A stretch of 63,638 nucleotides of DNA, the filler included, from Intoshia linei (lineage: Eukaryota > Animalia > Orthonectida), in NCBI GenBank assembly GCA_001642005.1. It is 9 parts of 9 records of this genome, joined end to end, with 100 filler letters (N's around TTAATTAATTAA, not from the genome) between each part and the next. Parts side by side here need not be neighbours in the genome. Positions count along the whole stretch, not along the records: positions 38,872 to 46,448 come from LWCA01001581.1; positions 46,549 to 52,874 come from LWCA01001784.1; 7 more parts are not named here. The stretch is one strand, 5' to 3'. Numbering within the stretch: the first letter of the stretch is position 1; every line of letters starts with the position of its first letter. Made by a program: the position numbers and the translations under genes. Below the pieces are notes generated by a model that saw nothing but the letters and a program-made list of their open reading frames with translations, ran no database searches and was not told the origin of the DNA. Shown piece after piece: positions 38,872 through 51,651 of this stretch.

Positions 38872-40704
38872 ATTTTATTATATAAATTAAATACACTTCA
38901 TAGTTAAAAAAAATCCAAATGTTTCCTTGCATTACTAAAATATTTATATTAATTAATAATTAGTTGAAATATTTAATTTTAATCATTAATAAGATGGTTG
39001 TATTTTTGTGTCACTTACTAGTTTATTAAAATTAGGAGTGTAATTTGACAAGGATAATTTTATTAAATTTTCCAAGTTTTTGTCATTAAGGGACGACCGA
39101 TTTTTCGATTTTATTGAGTTCATTACAGAAAACGCTGATTCGCATAAGTATGTCGAACCGAAACATGATTGAACATATTCTGAACACATCCTACTTATAT
39201 TGTATTTCTCTTTGGATAATTATTTTATGAAATTGTTATCCATAGAATGAGCCCTTAAGAATAAATCAGATTTCAATGATACAATTTTCAGTTCTGTTTC
39301 ATCAAAATCAAATAACTGATTTTTTTTTTTAAATATAACTTGTATTTAAGTCAGATTTGAAAGGATTAATTAAATATTCTAATGTCTTTTATTTTCTGAA
39401 AATCACTGAATCTGCTGTTGAAATCTTGTTTTGAACAATTTATATTTCAATAATAAATTTATCACAATTAATATTAACATCAGGGTTATTTTTACAAAAA
39501 TTGGTGATATTGGGAAAATATTTAAATTTTTTTTGATTGAGATCATTAATTATTAAAGGAATTGTCTTTTTAAAAGAATCAATATTACTTATATCTGTTA
39601 ACGTTTTATTTTTCCCATGTAAATATAGATTCAACAATGTTGAATCAAAATAGTCAATCTTCCCGTAAAATCAGCTAAAAAAGATAATTCACATAGCCAT
39701 TGTTTATCATAGAGTTCTGCCATAATTATCATTCCGATTCCGAAGAAATATTTTAATATCGTCTAATAAAATTATAAATATTTCCAAAAATACACTTCTG
39801 CTAAGCCATCTTACGTTTGTGTGTAAAACTAATTCACGGTTTTCTTCAGATTGACTTTTGTAAAAGACCCCTTTGAATTGCTTTAGCCCTGATGGAATTA
39901 GCAATTTTAAAAGTAATATCTATAATTATATTGGGATTTAACCTTTTACTACATAAAACAATGATAATTTAAAAAATTCGGAAAATCATCATCGTTTTTG
40001 CATAATCCAATCAATACATTTTGTTCTTTCATTAAGGCTCATTATTCCAATCATTTCTTCTTTTGTATTCCAATCATCAAATACCATACGAATGAAAATT
40101 AAACTTGTGCTGTGTCTTTAATGTGAATTGATTCATCAAATTGTAGAGAAAAGCACTCACATGTTTGGAAATCTATTTGTATTTGTTCATATACATCTTT
40201 ACTAAGTTTTTCTATTCGTCTCAGCAGTATTACGTGATAACTGCAAATCTGCAATGGCAGATTTTATTATGTTATTATGAAGGATTTGAAAAAGATTATC
40301 AGAAATTCCGAGAAAACAATTATTTAAAAATTGACCACCTGAAAATGGTTTTCCATTTTTTGTTATAATGTAGTTCAATTTAAAAGATGAAATCGTTGAT
40401 TTTTCTGACTTTTTACAGAATATTGACATTGATTTTTGTTGTCCCAAAATTGTTTATTAAGATTATTAACGGGCCTTAAACCTTAAGGTTAAGAACAGGT
40501 GATCAATGTTCAGTGAGTATACATTGGGGTAATTACTAAATCATTTTCGAATTCAAGTAGATAATATTTATTTAAAGTACATGTATGTCAAATAAATAAA
40601 TAATTTTAAAATTTTTCTTAAAATATAATTTTCTATAAATAATAATTTTTATATTCCTGCGATCGACTCAAAAAATTTCGGGATCGACCTGTTGGCTACC
40701 CCTG
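38872..40704 (-). mobile_element. Decayed hAT transposon (GTF2IRD2/EPM2AIP1/SPIN-like transposase pseudogene)
   Basis: Fragments GKPFSGGQFL...LQLSRNT, FSLQFDES, LVLHTNVRWLSR, LNLYLHGKNK, FGSTYLCESAFSVMNSIKSKNRSSLND with many frameshifts. Terminus CAGGGGTAGCCAAC; the same end recurs at 42407-42478. Confidence 0.9.
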
Positions 40705-40812
40705 ATACATACCATTTCATTATTAAAATAGCTAAATTCAAAATGGAATAACGATTGTCAATGTGATAAAAATTACAAGCGATGTGATAGCAATTACTTT
40801 CAATACGATAAT

Positions 40813-41156
40813 TAGAGCCATTCATAGAGCATAATGACTAGGTTATATTAGATTTTGATTATGCTCTTAAAGAAGTTTGCATCATTGTGAATTACATAAT
40901 TGTGTTTATTTGTTTACATTTTATTTTATTTTGAATTTATTTATTGTTGATTAACGATTTTAGAGCATAATGCTTATCCGACTAATATTTTATTTAAAAT
41001 TAGATGAAATGTACACAATTATATGTATTTTTGCTTAACGACTTTAGAGCATCCGACTTGTAAGTTATTTAAAATTATTGAAATGTAAGCAATTGTTATG
41101 TATAGTTGCTTAACGACTTTAGAGCATAATAAGAGCATAATGTTTGAATGGCTCTA
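40813..41156. mobile_element. MITE with internal TTAACGACTTTAGAGCAT repeats
   Basis: Perfect 12-bp TIR TAGAGCCATTCA / TGAATGGCTCTA, and AGAGCATAAT subterminal repeats at both ends. Confidence 0.7.
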
Positions 41157-41272
41157 GTGACAATAGTTAAATGCAATATGATAATGGGGTTTATTCGATA
41201 TAATATGTGATATTTTATAACAGAAATTAGCTTCTCGAGTATATACGAAATAACAATAATGTAGTAATAAAT

Positions 41273-41973
41273 TTATGAATCACAATGACCAAAATATCTC
41301 GGGTAAATAACTGTATCTCTAATATTTTCTATTCCGGTAATATACATTAAGAGACGTTCAAAACCGATGCCAAATCCACCATGGGGCACCAAACCACATT
41401 GAACATTATTCAAATAACTAAATGAAATATTTAATAAGTATAAATGTATAAATAATACCCCTTACGGTTCATATTTTGACTTTTCAATTTCTCCGACAAC
41501 ACTTTAAAATTATTTTCGCGTAAACTAGCACCACAAAGTTCGCCAATGTTTGGAAACAGTATATCAAATGTTTCTGTGTTCTAAAAATATAAATGATACC
41601 TTTGCATATAATAAAATTACATTTCCAGACAATTTTGCATAGAAAGGCTTTATCGATTTAGGAAAATGTGTTATAAATAACGGATGGCCATTTGAAAATT
41701 TTGCAACCAAAAATTGTTCTTGTTGTTTTCCTAATTTGACTCCGTTCTATTTTAATTGTTATGAATCATAACATGATATATGCCAGGGATGAATTTATAT
41801 TTTTTAACGCGGGTGATATTTAATTACAAATTTTTTCGAATCTCACAAAAGAATATGACGTAATTTAATACTCCGTGACACAATTATTCCATCCCTGATA
41901 CAGAGAATAATATACTTGAATGTTACTGTCAAAATTATTTTTTAAGTATACAATAGCATCTTCATATGTAATT
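41273..41973 (-). CDS. NARS2: Mitochondrial asparaginyl-tRNA synthetase, last four exons
   Basis: ITYEDAI.../...[16 protein letters not shown]/...[18 protein letters not shown].../...[38 protein letters not shown], i.e. class II motif 3 of Asn/Asp-RS, with intact phases. Confidence 0.82.
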
Positions 41974-43354
41974 CTGAATAAACATTTAGATAACGATAAA
42001 CATCGACCACGAAACTATAACCCGAGATTTTTTTAGAGTAAATTTCTCTAGTTAACAGTGCGCGACAGCTATTATGCTCGGCAAAATATTTGTACTTTAT
42101 CAAATGAATTTAAAATTTCTACCCGTTAATATTTGTTGGTACAGTCAACCCTCTACTAAGTGAACATTTGGGACTCGAATATTTGAGTGTTCATGATTGT
42201 AGAAATAGTGAACAAAAAAATTATTGACATAGTAACCGTAAAATGAAAGTTGATATTATAACAATTCACAAAAAAATATAACTTATTTATTAATTTTACA
42301 TTTTACAAAGAAAACTAAATAATAAACATTATTATAATAATTATATCAATTCATTTATCATTATCAATAATTACAATCTAATAATGATATCTACATAATT
42401 AGAANTCTATAAATAATAATTTTTATATTTCAGCGATCGACTCAAAAAATTTCGGGATCGACCTGTTGGCCACCCCTGCATTAGAATAAAACTCGTATAT
42501 AACTATTGTCTACTAACGAAACATGACTGTACTCAGTACAGTGTACTGTACAAATATTAACAAACTAAATTGTATAATTAAATTGCAATCAAAAAATTAT
42601 ATTTTAGGCAATATAGTACTTTTAAACATTAAATTCGAATTATGCAAAACTATGTTATGATTTATGCAAATAGAACATTATAACTCTAATACTGCGATAT
42701 ATTATTTCGAGACATTGACGAAATTTTTGTAAAAAGGTGGATTTTTTCAAAATTGAAAAATAAAATTTACGTGTTGTTTTGACTATCATAACTATTTCGT
42801 GTTAAATTTAAACTCTCCAGCGCATACTCATGATTGTGTCTCTAATTATATGGGATGACGAACAAATTTTTAAGGGTCTTTGATTGGCGGTGACCTTCGA
42901 ACATTATATATTTTGATCTACGGTACATTTTTTTATTGATTCAAATCAAATCTTCAAGAATTTGTAGTCACTTTTCTTTTAACCATTATCAACTATTTAG
43001 TCTATTAAGTGTTTTAGAAAGTTTGAGTGTCCTCGAAAATTTATTGAAATTTTAATATTTAATTTCATGTTATACTGATGAGTTGAATTGATTAATTTAT
43101 GACTTTGAAATATATTTAAACCGCATGTCTTAATTGAGGTGTTTCAATTTTTTTATTCAAATCAAACTTAAATTGTTTGTATTGAATAACTTAAAACTTT
43201 TTTAATCATTCAAAATAAATGAATTAACTTGACCTTTAAATGGTATTGATATAAATATTTTAAATTTGAACCTTCCAAAATCAAAAAACGCAATTAAGAG
43301 TATTAACTAGAAACCAATCGTGAATTTTTCGATATTAAAATTTTTCAAAGAAAA

Positions 43355-43570
43355 CATTGTTGCATGGGAAATCAAGGAAGCTTTCAGTGTAGTAATATCA
43401 GCAATAACAGAATGAAATCTCGAGTGAACCAAACCAAACATACACGGAGGAGCAATGAGTTTAGGGAATTCAATCGAAATAACTGGACAGTTGGTTTATA
43501 ATGAAAAAAGAACAATGTGAAATTACATCCACTTGTAACGGCGAGAGAGAATTTCAGCTACACCGTTAAA
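43355..43570 (+). pseudogene. Possible decayed AsnRS anticodon-binding (OB-fold) fragment
   Basis: EAFSVVIS...MSLGNSIEITGQLVYNEKR(fs)QCEI resembles the NARS2 N-terminal LQVV...L.FGSSVEVQGQL....KRQNVEL. Contains stops and a frameshift. Confidence 0.35.
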
Positions 43571-43601
43571 GAGTAAAAATAAAATAAACATTTAATGAAA
43601 T

Positions 43602-44446
43602 TTATTCTTCTGATTCAGAATTTGAGTTATTTTTTTTGAGTTCTGCGGATACTTGATTTACCACAAAATCTGTTGTAGCGTCTTTAACTAAATAAAAATA
43701 GATTAAACTAAACATAAAAATTAAAAAAACCTTGAGATATGGCAGATCCCGCCGCTTTTGCAATATTACTAACCTCTTTGGTCAATTTTTTTTCGTGTTT
43801 AAGGAAAAACGGTCTAATAATGCTTTTATAAATAAACATGGATCCATTGTTTTCAATTGGTGCCATGAGATATGCGAGGAAAATAAGCTAATATTACATG
43901 TAAACAAATTTAAAAAACTAACCTTGAAAATGTTATACATGGGGATCCAAAAAAATACAATATCTGTAAAATATTCGAGTAATCCAATAGTTCCAGTAGT
44001 AACCCAATAAGTGAGCCATTTCGTGTCATCGTCTTTATTAGTACTTTCTATTGCTTTGATTCTAGTATAAAATTAAATTGTATATAAAAAATAAAAATAC
44101 GATTTAAAAGCTGGATAAGCAAATCCAATCAAATACAGAATAAAATTTGAACCTTGACCACAAATACTAGTAAAATTATATTAATAGGTAAGGATAACGA
44201 TTAAAATTTACATGTACGAAGCCATAATTACAACCATTGCTATTAAAATAATTAATATTTTTTCATTTAAATAAAACTACCAAAAAATGAATGTTGTTTC
44301 TTGATGCCAATTTTTTTTTCGATCAAGCCCAACACATTTGTAAAAGTGTTTTCCTTTTCCAACATTGAATCAATCATTTTCAGTTGAGATTCAAGAAAGT
44401 TTTTGGATTTGTTTGCTATCGAATTTGGTTTTGCGTTTTTTGACAT
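43602..44446 (-). CDS. REEP5: Receptor expression-enhancing protein 5 / DP1 / Yop1 (6 exons)
   Basis: LIGFAYPAFKS/IKAIESTNKDDDTKWLTYWV...FWIPMYNIFK/LIFLAYLMAP..NNGSMFIYKSIIRPFFLKHE, the TB2/DP1/HVA22 domain. Confidence 0.92.
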
Positions 44447-45124
44447 TTTGTGGATATATAACCTCTACTATGAAATATAAAGAACAAGATAAATGATAAA
44501 TGTTATTCAAACAATATTCAATCAAATAGTTTCCTTGTTTGCTATGATTTTATATAGTCAATAAATAAAATATAGTCGTAGTTTTCAATTTGAGTTAACT
44601 TTATTAGTGTGTTAGTTGTATAACACAATTTGTGATAAATACACAAATTTGCGTTTATTTTCAGCTATTAACACTATTTTGTAGAATTGTTTCACAATTT
44701 ATGGTTTTTAGGCCGTGTTAATTCAAGAAATATGTAATTAATACATTTTCCATGGCCCTTGGTTTATTTTTATCTAATAATTTTAGTTATGAAATGGATC
44801 AAATTTATGTTACTAAACTATTAGTGCAATGTACTAAATTAATGTTTTTAATTTACATTTGAATATATATTTGTTATTGTATTTTTAATTATCGATTAAA
44901 TCATTACTTATCTTATTGATTATAATCAATGAAGTGAAGTTAATTTAGAAAAGTTAACATATTAAATTTGGAGCAGAATGATGTATCTCATAATTTCAAT
45001 TGAGATCATCAAAGTTGCTTAATTAGGCAATTAAAAATTAACAATAAAACCATGGTTTCAATTGAATATTTTTTGAATAAATAATATTCGCTTTAAAATG
45101 CATACATGTGGTCTAATAAATATT

Positions 45125-45310
45125 AATTATTCCAATTTAATTGATGGATTTATGGGATCTTATCACAAGATGGATTGCCTCTAATTTCCTAAAATGCATT
45201 TTTTACAATGTCATTATATTATTATTTTCAAATTTTGGTTCCTGGTCGAATGAACATGGAGAAAAATTTCACCAGCAGATGCATGTATATGAAGACCTCT
45301 ATAAAAAATG
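45125..45310 (+). mobile_element. Chapaev3-like transposase C-terminal remnant
   Basis: NYSNLIDGFMGSYHKMDCL*FPKMHFLQCH(fs)NFGSWSNEHGEKFHQQMHVYE resembles the motif NY..LV..LL..Y..LGC.MS.K.HFLHSH...NLG..SDEHGERFHQ. The superfamily name is from memory of that motif. Confidence 0.6.
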
Positions 45311-46135
45311 ATGTTTTTTAAATATAATTTCTGAATACATTTGGTATATAAAAAATAAATAAAAATTTAGTTAATTTGTGTTGTTTAAATTAATATTGAT
45401 GTAATTAATCCATCTAACTTGATAATAACCTATACATGAAAATATTCATATTTAACTGTAGTTTTACATCGATGTGATCATTAGAATAAGTCAGTTAAAA
45501 ATATAATATTTGTCTAATAATTAAAAAAAAATTATTTAATTAATTAATTTTAAAATAAAATTTCTTCTTGTGAACACTAAGTACTCAAAGTTTAATAACA
45601 TATAATGAATTTTTTCAGAAAAGACATAAATTACAACACAAAAATAGCAAATTTAAATAATTGTATTTATTGTTTCTATGGAGAATGAAAATGTTAATTG
45701 GTTAATTAGTACACGTGACGATCCAACCAAATATCGTAAATAATGTCGTTCTGCTCGGGAGACGTCACACTTTCAACTGAAATGGTCAGAACCCATAAGT
45801 AAACCAAAAAGTTCATTTTTGTTGTGATATGTTATGATTATCCTTCCTTATATAATATGCTACGCGATTTTTGTTTGTGTGTGTGTTCGACTTTATTGAA
45901 ATAACTACCTGTCTTAGAATTTTAGAAAGTCTACATTTCAATTACATTTTTTTCTGGGACGTATATCAAGATAAATTTCGGTTAATTACACGGTACATTA
46001 TTTTCGGAAAAATTTTAAAAGAGCAGAACAAAATTTAGTTTATGGTTTAGATAACACTGTTAGAATTCGAATGATGTTTGTCATTCTATCTGATTAGATC
46101 GTAATCTTGAGATATTTCATTTTTAAAGTGTATAT

Positions 46136-46448
46136 TAGGGTGTTAACATTTTACATTTTTTTTAGATTTTGCTTGCCGCTTAGGGCTAATTCGGTTCACA
46201 TCAATAAATTATTAAAAAAGGCTCAATTTTAATATATATAATTAAGGATTGAGTCCGCAGGAAGACATTAAAAATTTCAGAAAATTTTCAAGAAATAACT
46301 TTATTATAATACATTTACAATATTATAAATCATTATTATTGAAAACATTCATTATTGATATTATTTTTTGTCGTTCGTCTTCTATATCAAATAGGGTAAT
46401 GGCTTTCTTGAATTTCATTAATGCTCTCTCCGCTGGGTCATTAACAGA
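46136..46448 (-). mobile_element. hATm-like transposon end (related ends at ~1020-1141, ~5344-5397, ~50363-50660)
   Basis: Terminus TAGGGTGTTAACATTTT. The minus strand reads VNDPAERAL, matching the NDxAER catalytic-Glu motif. A diverged copy lies at 50363-50660. Confidence 0.5.
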
Positions 46449-46548
46449 NNNNNNNNNNNNNNNNNNNNNNNNNNNNNNNNNNNNNNNNNNNNTTAATTAA
46501 TTAANNNNNNNNNNNNNNNNNNNNNNNNNNNNNNNNNNNNNNNNNNNN

Positions 46549-48973
46549 TAATTTAAAAAATAATGGAATATATGGACTGCAGATACCGAAAAAATATGGC
46601 AATTGAGATTATAAATATTATTAAAATAATTCAATTAAGGAGGACTAGGATTATCATATTGTAATTTTTGTAAAATTGCAAAAGGGCTTATGCATGAGGA
46701 TATTGCACTAGGAATTCAACTTGGAGCTCATCAGGTATTTATTACAATAAATATATAAAACTTATATATAAAAAATAATATTAATTAATTAATATTAATA
46801 AAATATAGCCAAAATAATTAATTATTAGGCAATTGGAATGAAGTCGCTAAACGATTTTGGAACTGACAAGTTGAAAGAAAAATATTTACCTTTATTGGCG
46901 ACTGGTGAATACATTAGTGCTTTTTGTGTAACTGAAAAAAACTGTGGATCAGATATTAATGTAAATTTAATATTAAGATACTCAATTCTTGTCAATACTA
47001 TGAATTTTTAATAAATTGTCTTACAAAATATATATAAATTGATTTGTGGCCCCCTAAACAAAAAATTTTTTCCATGGCCCGATTGATTTTTCCAGTAGCC
47101 CCTTTGGTGGCACATGGATCCCGTTGGGAAATTTTCCAATTAAGTAACTAGAAATCATACATTAGTGCAAAAATAATATGTAGTGTAATAAATACCATGC
47201 AATTCCACATAGCTTGTTTTAAATTTTACAAAAAATCTCATCTTAAAATAACGAATATTCATATAAGGGTTAAGAAGAAATTAAAGTTTACATTTTTTTA
47301 CATAAATTTAGGGTAACAAGGTTACCGTATCAATTAAAAAAAATGTTTTAAAAATTGAAAATTGTTAAAACTTTACTTGACCAAAAATGGAAATCATTAA
47401 TGATTGAACTGACAAAATAGAGACGTACATATATTTAATATGCAATTTTAAAATCGCAGAGACTATCAAATAGACGTAAATAAATAAAGAACTAAGTACA
47501 ATATATTAATACAAATTAATTTTATTTTCTATTATTTTTGGGAATATAAAAAATATCTTTAATTTATAAGTCATAATTCAGACGAACTAGTATCCCAAAA
47601 TAATTTATGGTATCCCTTAGGGGTCCCAGTACCCCACAATATGAACCGCTGATTTATATGAAGGGTACTGTGATTTTTATAAAGTATAGATGAATAAATA
47701 TGTATTAAATGTTTAGTCAATGGAGGCTACATTAACAAAAAGTTTTTCATCTAAAGNTTAATATTAATAAAATATAGCCAAAATAATTAATCATTAGGCA
47801 ATTGGAATGAAGTCGCTAAACGATTTTGGAACTGACAAGTTGAAAGAAAAATATTTACCTTTATTGGCGACTGGTGAATACATTAGTGCTTTTTGTGTAA
47901 CTGAAAAAAACTGTGGATCAGATATTAATGTAAATTTAATATTAAGATACTCAATTCTTGTCAATACTATAAATTTTTAATAAATTGTCTTACAAAATAT
48001 ATATAAATTTTTTTGTGGATGCCTAAACAGAAAATTTTTTTTATGGCCCGATTGATTTTTCCGTTAGCCCTTTTGGTGCCACATGGATCCCGTTGAAAAA
48101 TTTTGCATTAAAGTAATAGAAATTATACATTAGTGCAAAAATGATATGTAGTGTAATTGTAGCTTGTTTTAAATTTTACAAAAAATCTCATTTTAAAATA
48201 ACGAATATTCATAAAAGGGTTAAGAAGAAATTAAAGTTTACATTTTTTAAATTTCAAATTAAGGGTGATTACAAGAGTCGTATCAATGGAATTTAGTAAC
48301 AAAAATGTAAATAAAATTTGATTACTATGCATACTATGTAGATTCTAAAAACTATCGGTTGGTTTATATCAGCGGTTCTCAATATACTTCGCAGTTGGTA
48401 CCTTTAAACTGAAAAAAAATAATTTGGTACCCCATAATAATTTAAATTTAGGGTAACAAGGTTACCGTGTCAATTAAAAAAAATGTTTTAAAAATTGAAA
48501 ATTGTTAAAACTTTACTTGACCAAAAATGGAAATCATTAATGATTGAACTGACAAAATAGAGACGTACATATATTTAATATGCAATTTTAAAATCGCAGA
48601 GACTATCAAATAGACGTAAATAAATAAAGAACTAAGTACAATATATTAATACAAATTAATTTTATTTTCTATTATTTTTGGGAATATAAAAAATATCTTT
48701 AATTTATAAGTCATAATTCAGACGAACTAGTATCCCAAAATAATTTATGGTATCCCTTAGGGGTCCCAGTACCCCACAATATGAACCGCTGATTTATATG
48801 AAGGGTACTGTGATTTTTATAAAGTATAGATGAATAAATATGTATTAAATGTTTAGTCAATGGAGGCTACATTAACAAAAAGTTTTTCATCTAAAGATGA
48901 ATATATCCTGAATGCCGAAAAAATTATGATTATAAATGCTACAAATGCCAAATTTTTTAGTGTTTTGGCGCGA
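46549..48973 (+). CDS. ACAD9/ACADVL-like acyl-CoA dehydrogenase, internal exons (partly duplicated in assembly)
   Basis: GIYGLQIPKKYG/GLGLS...DIALGIQLGAHQ/AIGMKSLNDFGTDKLKEKYLPLLATGEYISAFCVTEKNCGSDIN/SMEATL...YILNAEKIMIINATNAKFFSVLAR. Confidence 0.85.
46790..48900. repeat. Near-identical tandem duplication joined at a single n (47757); probable uncollapsed haplotypes
   Basis: 46790-47756 is repeated at 47758-48897, with an identical coding exon and intronic SNPs/indels. Confidence 0.85.
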
Positions 48974-49019
48974 GTAGGCATTTTTATTAATATTTTAAAT
49001 ATAATAATATATATATATA

Positions 49020-50210
49020 TATTATGGTATAGTCTTTTATTTTGTTGTGGAGCCCAATTTCAAAAATTATTTATTATGGGCCCAAAATGTAACCTTATAT
49101 AAGAAATTTAGGGTTCAAGGTGTTTATATTTATATAAAAAATTCAAATAAGCATTCGTTTTACAATTTTTCACTAAAATTTAGATTTGAAGTGGGCAAAG
49201 TACATTTGATATACTCATCCTAATATGATACATAAAAATTAAAACAGAACTTTATTAAAAAAAATAATTACTTTGGCGCTGCATATATGGTACACCCGAC
49301 TGTTTTAAATACAATTTAATATAAAGAGTCCAAAAAAAATACGTACTATCAATTTTAGTTGATTTGTTGTTAAATGTAAAGCTAAAACTACTTATCTATG
49401 ATGACAAATAAAAATTTATTTCAAATAAATTAAAAGTAGTAGTACATATTTTTCTGCCACTTTATTTAATATGTTGTATTAAGTTATAGTTTTGTTATTT
49501 GTCTTATTATTATTTATTAATTATTATTAATTATTTATTATAATTATTATTTGTATCTGTTATAATGTCTTTGAATTTTATGACCATATCATTTTTTAAC
49601 CTTGCAAGATGCGAACAGTAGCAAATCATATCATCTTCAGAAATAAAATATTTGTATCTGAATGTTTTCAAATTGAATCTGATGTTATATTGGAATATAT
49701 ATTATATTTCAAGTTGAAAAATAAAGATNATTATGGTATAGTCTTTTATTTTGTTGTGGAGCCCAATTTCAAAAATTATTTATTATGGGCCCAAAATGTA
49801 ACCTTATATAAGAAATTTAGGGTTCAAGGTGTTTATATTTATATAAAAAATTCAAATAAGCATTCGTTTTACAATTTTTCACTAAAATTTAGATTTGAAG
49901 TGGGCAAAGTACATTTGATATACTCATCCTAATATGATACATAAAAATTAAAACAGAACTTTATTAAAAAAAATAATTACTTTGGCGCTGCATATATGGT
50001 ACACCCGACTGTTTTAAATACAATTTAATATAAAGAGTCCAGAAAAAATACGTACTATCAATTTTAGTTGATTTGTTATTAAATGTAAAGCTAAAACTAC
50101 TTATCGATGATGACAAATAAATATTTATTTCAAATAAACTAAAAGTAGTAGTACATATTTTTGTGGCCACTTTATTTAATATGTTGTATTAAGTTATAGT
50201 TTTGTTATTA
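49020..50210. repeat. Second near-identical duplication joined at a single n (49729)
   Basis: 49020-49498 is repeated at 49730-50208 with scattered SNPs. Confidence 0.85.
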
Positions 50211-51083
50211 TGACTTTAAAAGTTGTTAAAAAATGTGTAAATAAATATTTTATTATTATTATTTTAATAAAGTTCAGTTTTAATTTTAGATAAATTTAAT
50301 AATGCGGTACAGAGGTACCGTTGACATTCTAATATACTATATTGTACATTGTATGTATTGTATGGTGTTAACATTTTCATTTTTTTTAAATTCTCTATGT
50401 CGCTCAGGGAAAATCGGTTCACATTAATAAATTTTTAAGAAATTTTGAATTTTAATTAATATAATTAAGCATTGAGTCTGCAAGCAGCCTTTAAAATTTA
50501 TGAAAATTTTCAAAAGATAACTTTATTATTATAAAGTAAAATATAACATTTACAATATTATAAGTTTTTATTATTGAAAATATTAATTATTGAAACAATT
50601 TTTTGTCTTGCGTTTTCTATATCAGAAATATTAATGGCTTTTTAAAATTTTCATGGATGCTCTGATTAAATGAATTTTAGTTTGGTCAAATTAATTATTC
50701 TTTTGAAAATAGGATTAATTGCTTAAATGGATTCCTACGAAATATCGACATATAATTGATTCTAACTTGCGGTGTATCCAATGACTTCAGTCAAAATGTA
50801 AACATTTGTTTATTTTGATGAAATTTTAAAAACTATTTTGAAATTTTAATTGGAGCCTGCGAGTTCATTAATGAATAAAAATAATTTTCTTCAACGAATT
50901 AACACTTTAAATAAATATAAGTATCAAATTATTACTAAGCGGCATGGTATTTAAGATACCGTTGACATCTTAATGTACATATGTAATATGTATAATATAA
51001 TTATAATATATGTATAATATATTTTATTTTATAGAAATGAAATTATTTACATATAATAAATATGTACTACAATATTCTCTCTA

Positions 51084-51121
51084 TAACTCGTAACTCGTAA
51101 CTCGTAACTCGTAACTCGTAA
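51084..51121. repeat. (TAACTCG)5 heptamer microsatellite followed by a hairpin
   Basis: Five perfect units, then CTATCTCG-ACG-CGAGATAG at ~51146-51164. Confidence 0.9.
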
Positions 51122-51651
51122 TAATGTGGATTTAGAAAATTTTGGCTATCTCGACGCGAGATAGTGAATTTGGCAAGATATTTAATTTAAAACTATAGAA
51201 ACAGTAAATAAAACTTTTAAATTCAAGGTTAAATTACAATAAAATGTAAATTGCAAAATTTAATACAATTTTAAAAAATAACTTATTTTGAAAAATGTTT
51301 TTAAAATTTTCAGTTTATATTTTAAATGAGTTATCAATTTGTTTAACGTAGTTACAATAAATTATAGGTTATTTTAATATCTTATACGTAGATTTAATAA
51401 TTTTTAAGCTAATTATCGAAAATTTCCAATACTTTTTAAGCTAATTTTAAAAACTGATTAAAATCGTAATAATTATGTAATTTTTGGAATCTATGTGTTA
51501 ATCACTTTAATATCTTCATTTAAAAAATACTTTTAAAACTTAGTCTACAATTTGGATTATATTATAAATTTAAATTAATAATTTATAAAAAATATCATGG
51601 ATACTAATAATTTCAAATATTCTTGATGAGTATAAATTAATTTATCTATAT

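Noticed and set aside
35053-44446. Functional clustering of PRA1 (Yip3) and REEP5 (Yop1) ER/Golgi membrane proteins
   Set aside because: They are separated by an artificial spacer, so linkage is unproven, and two genes could co-occur by chance.
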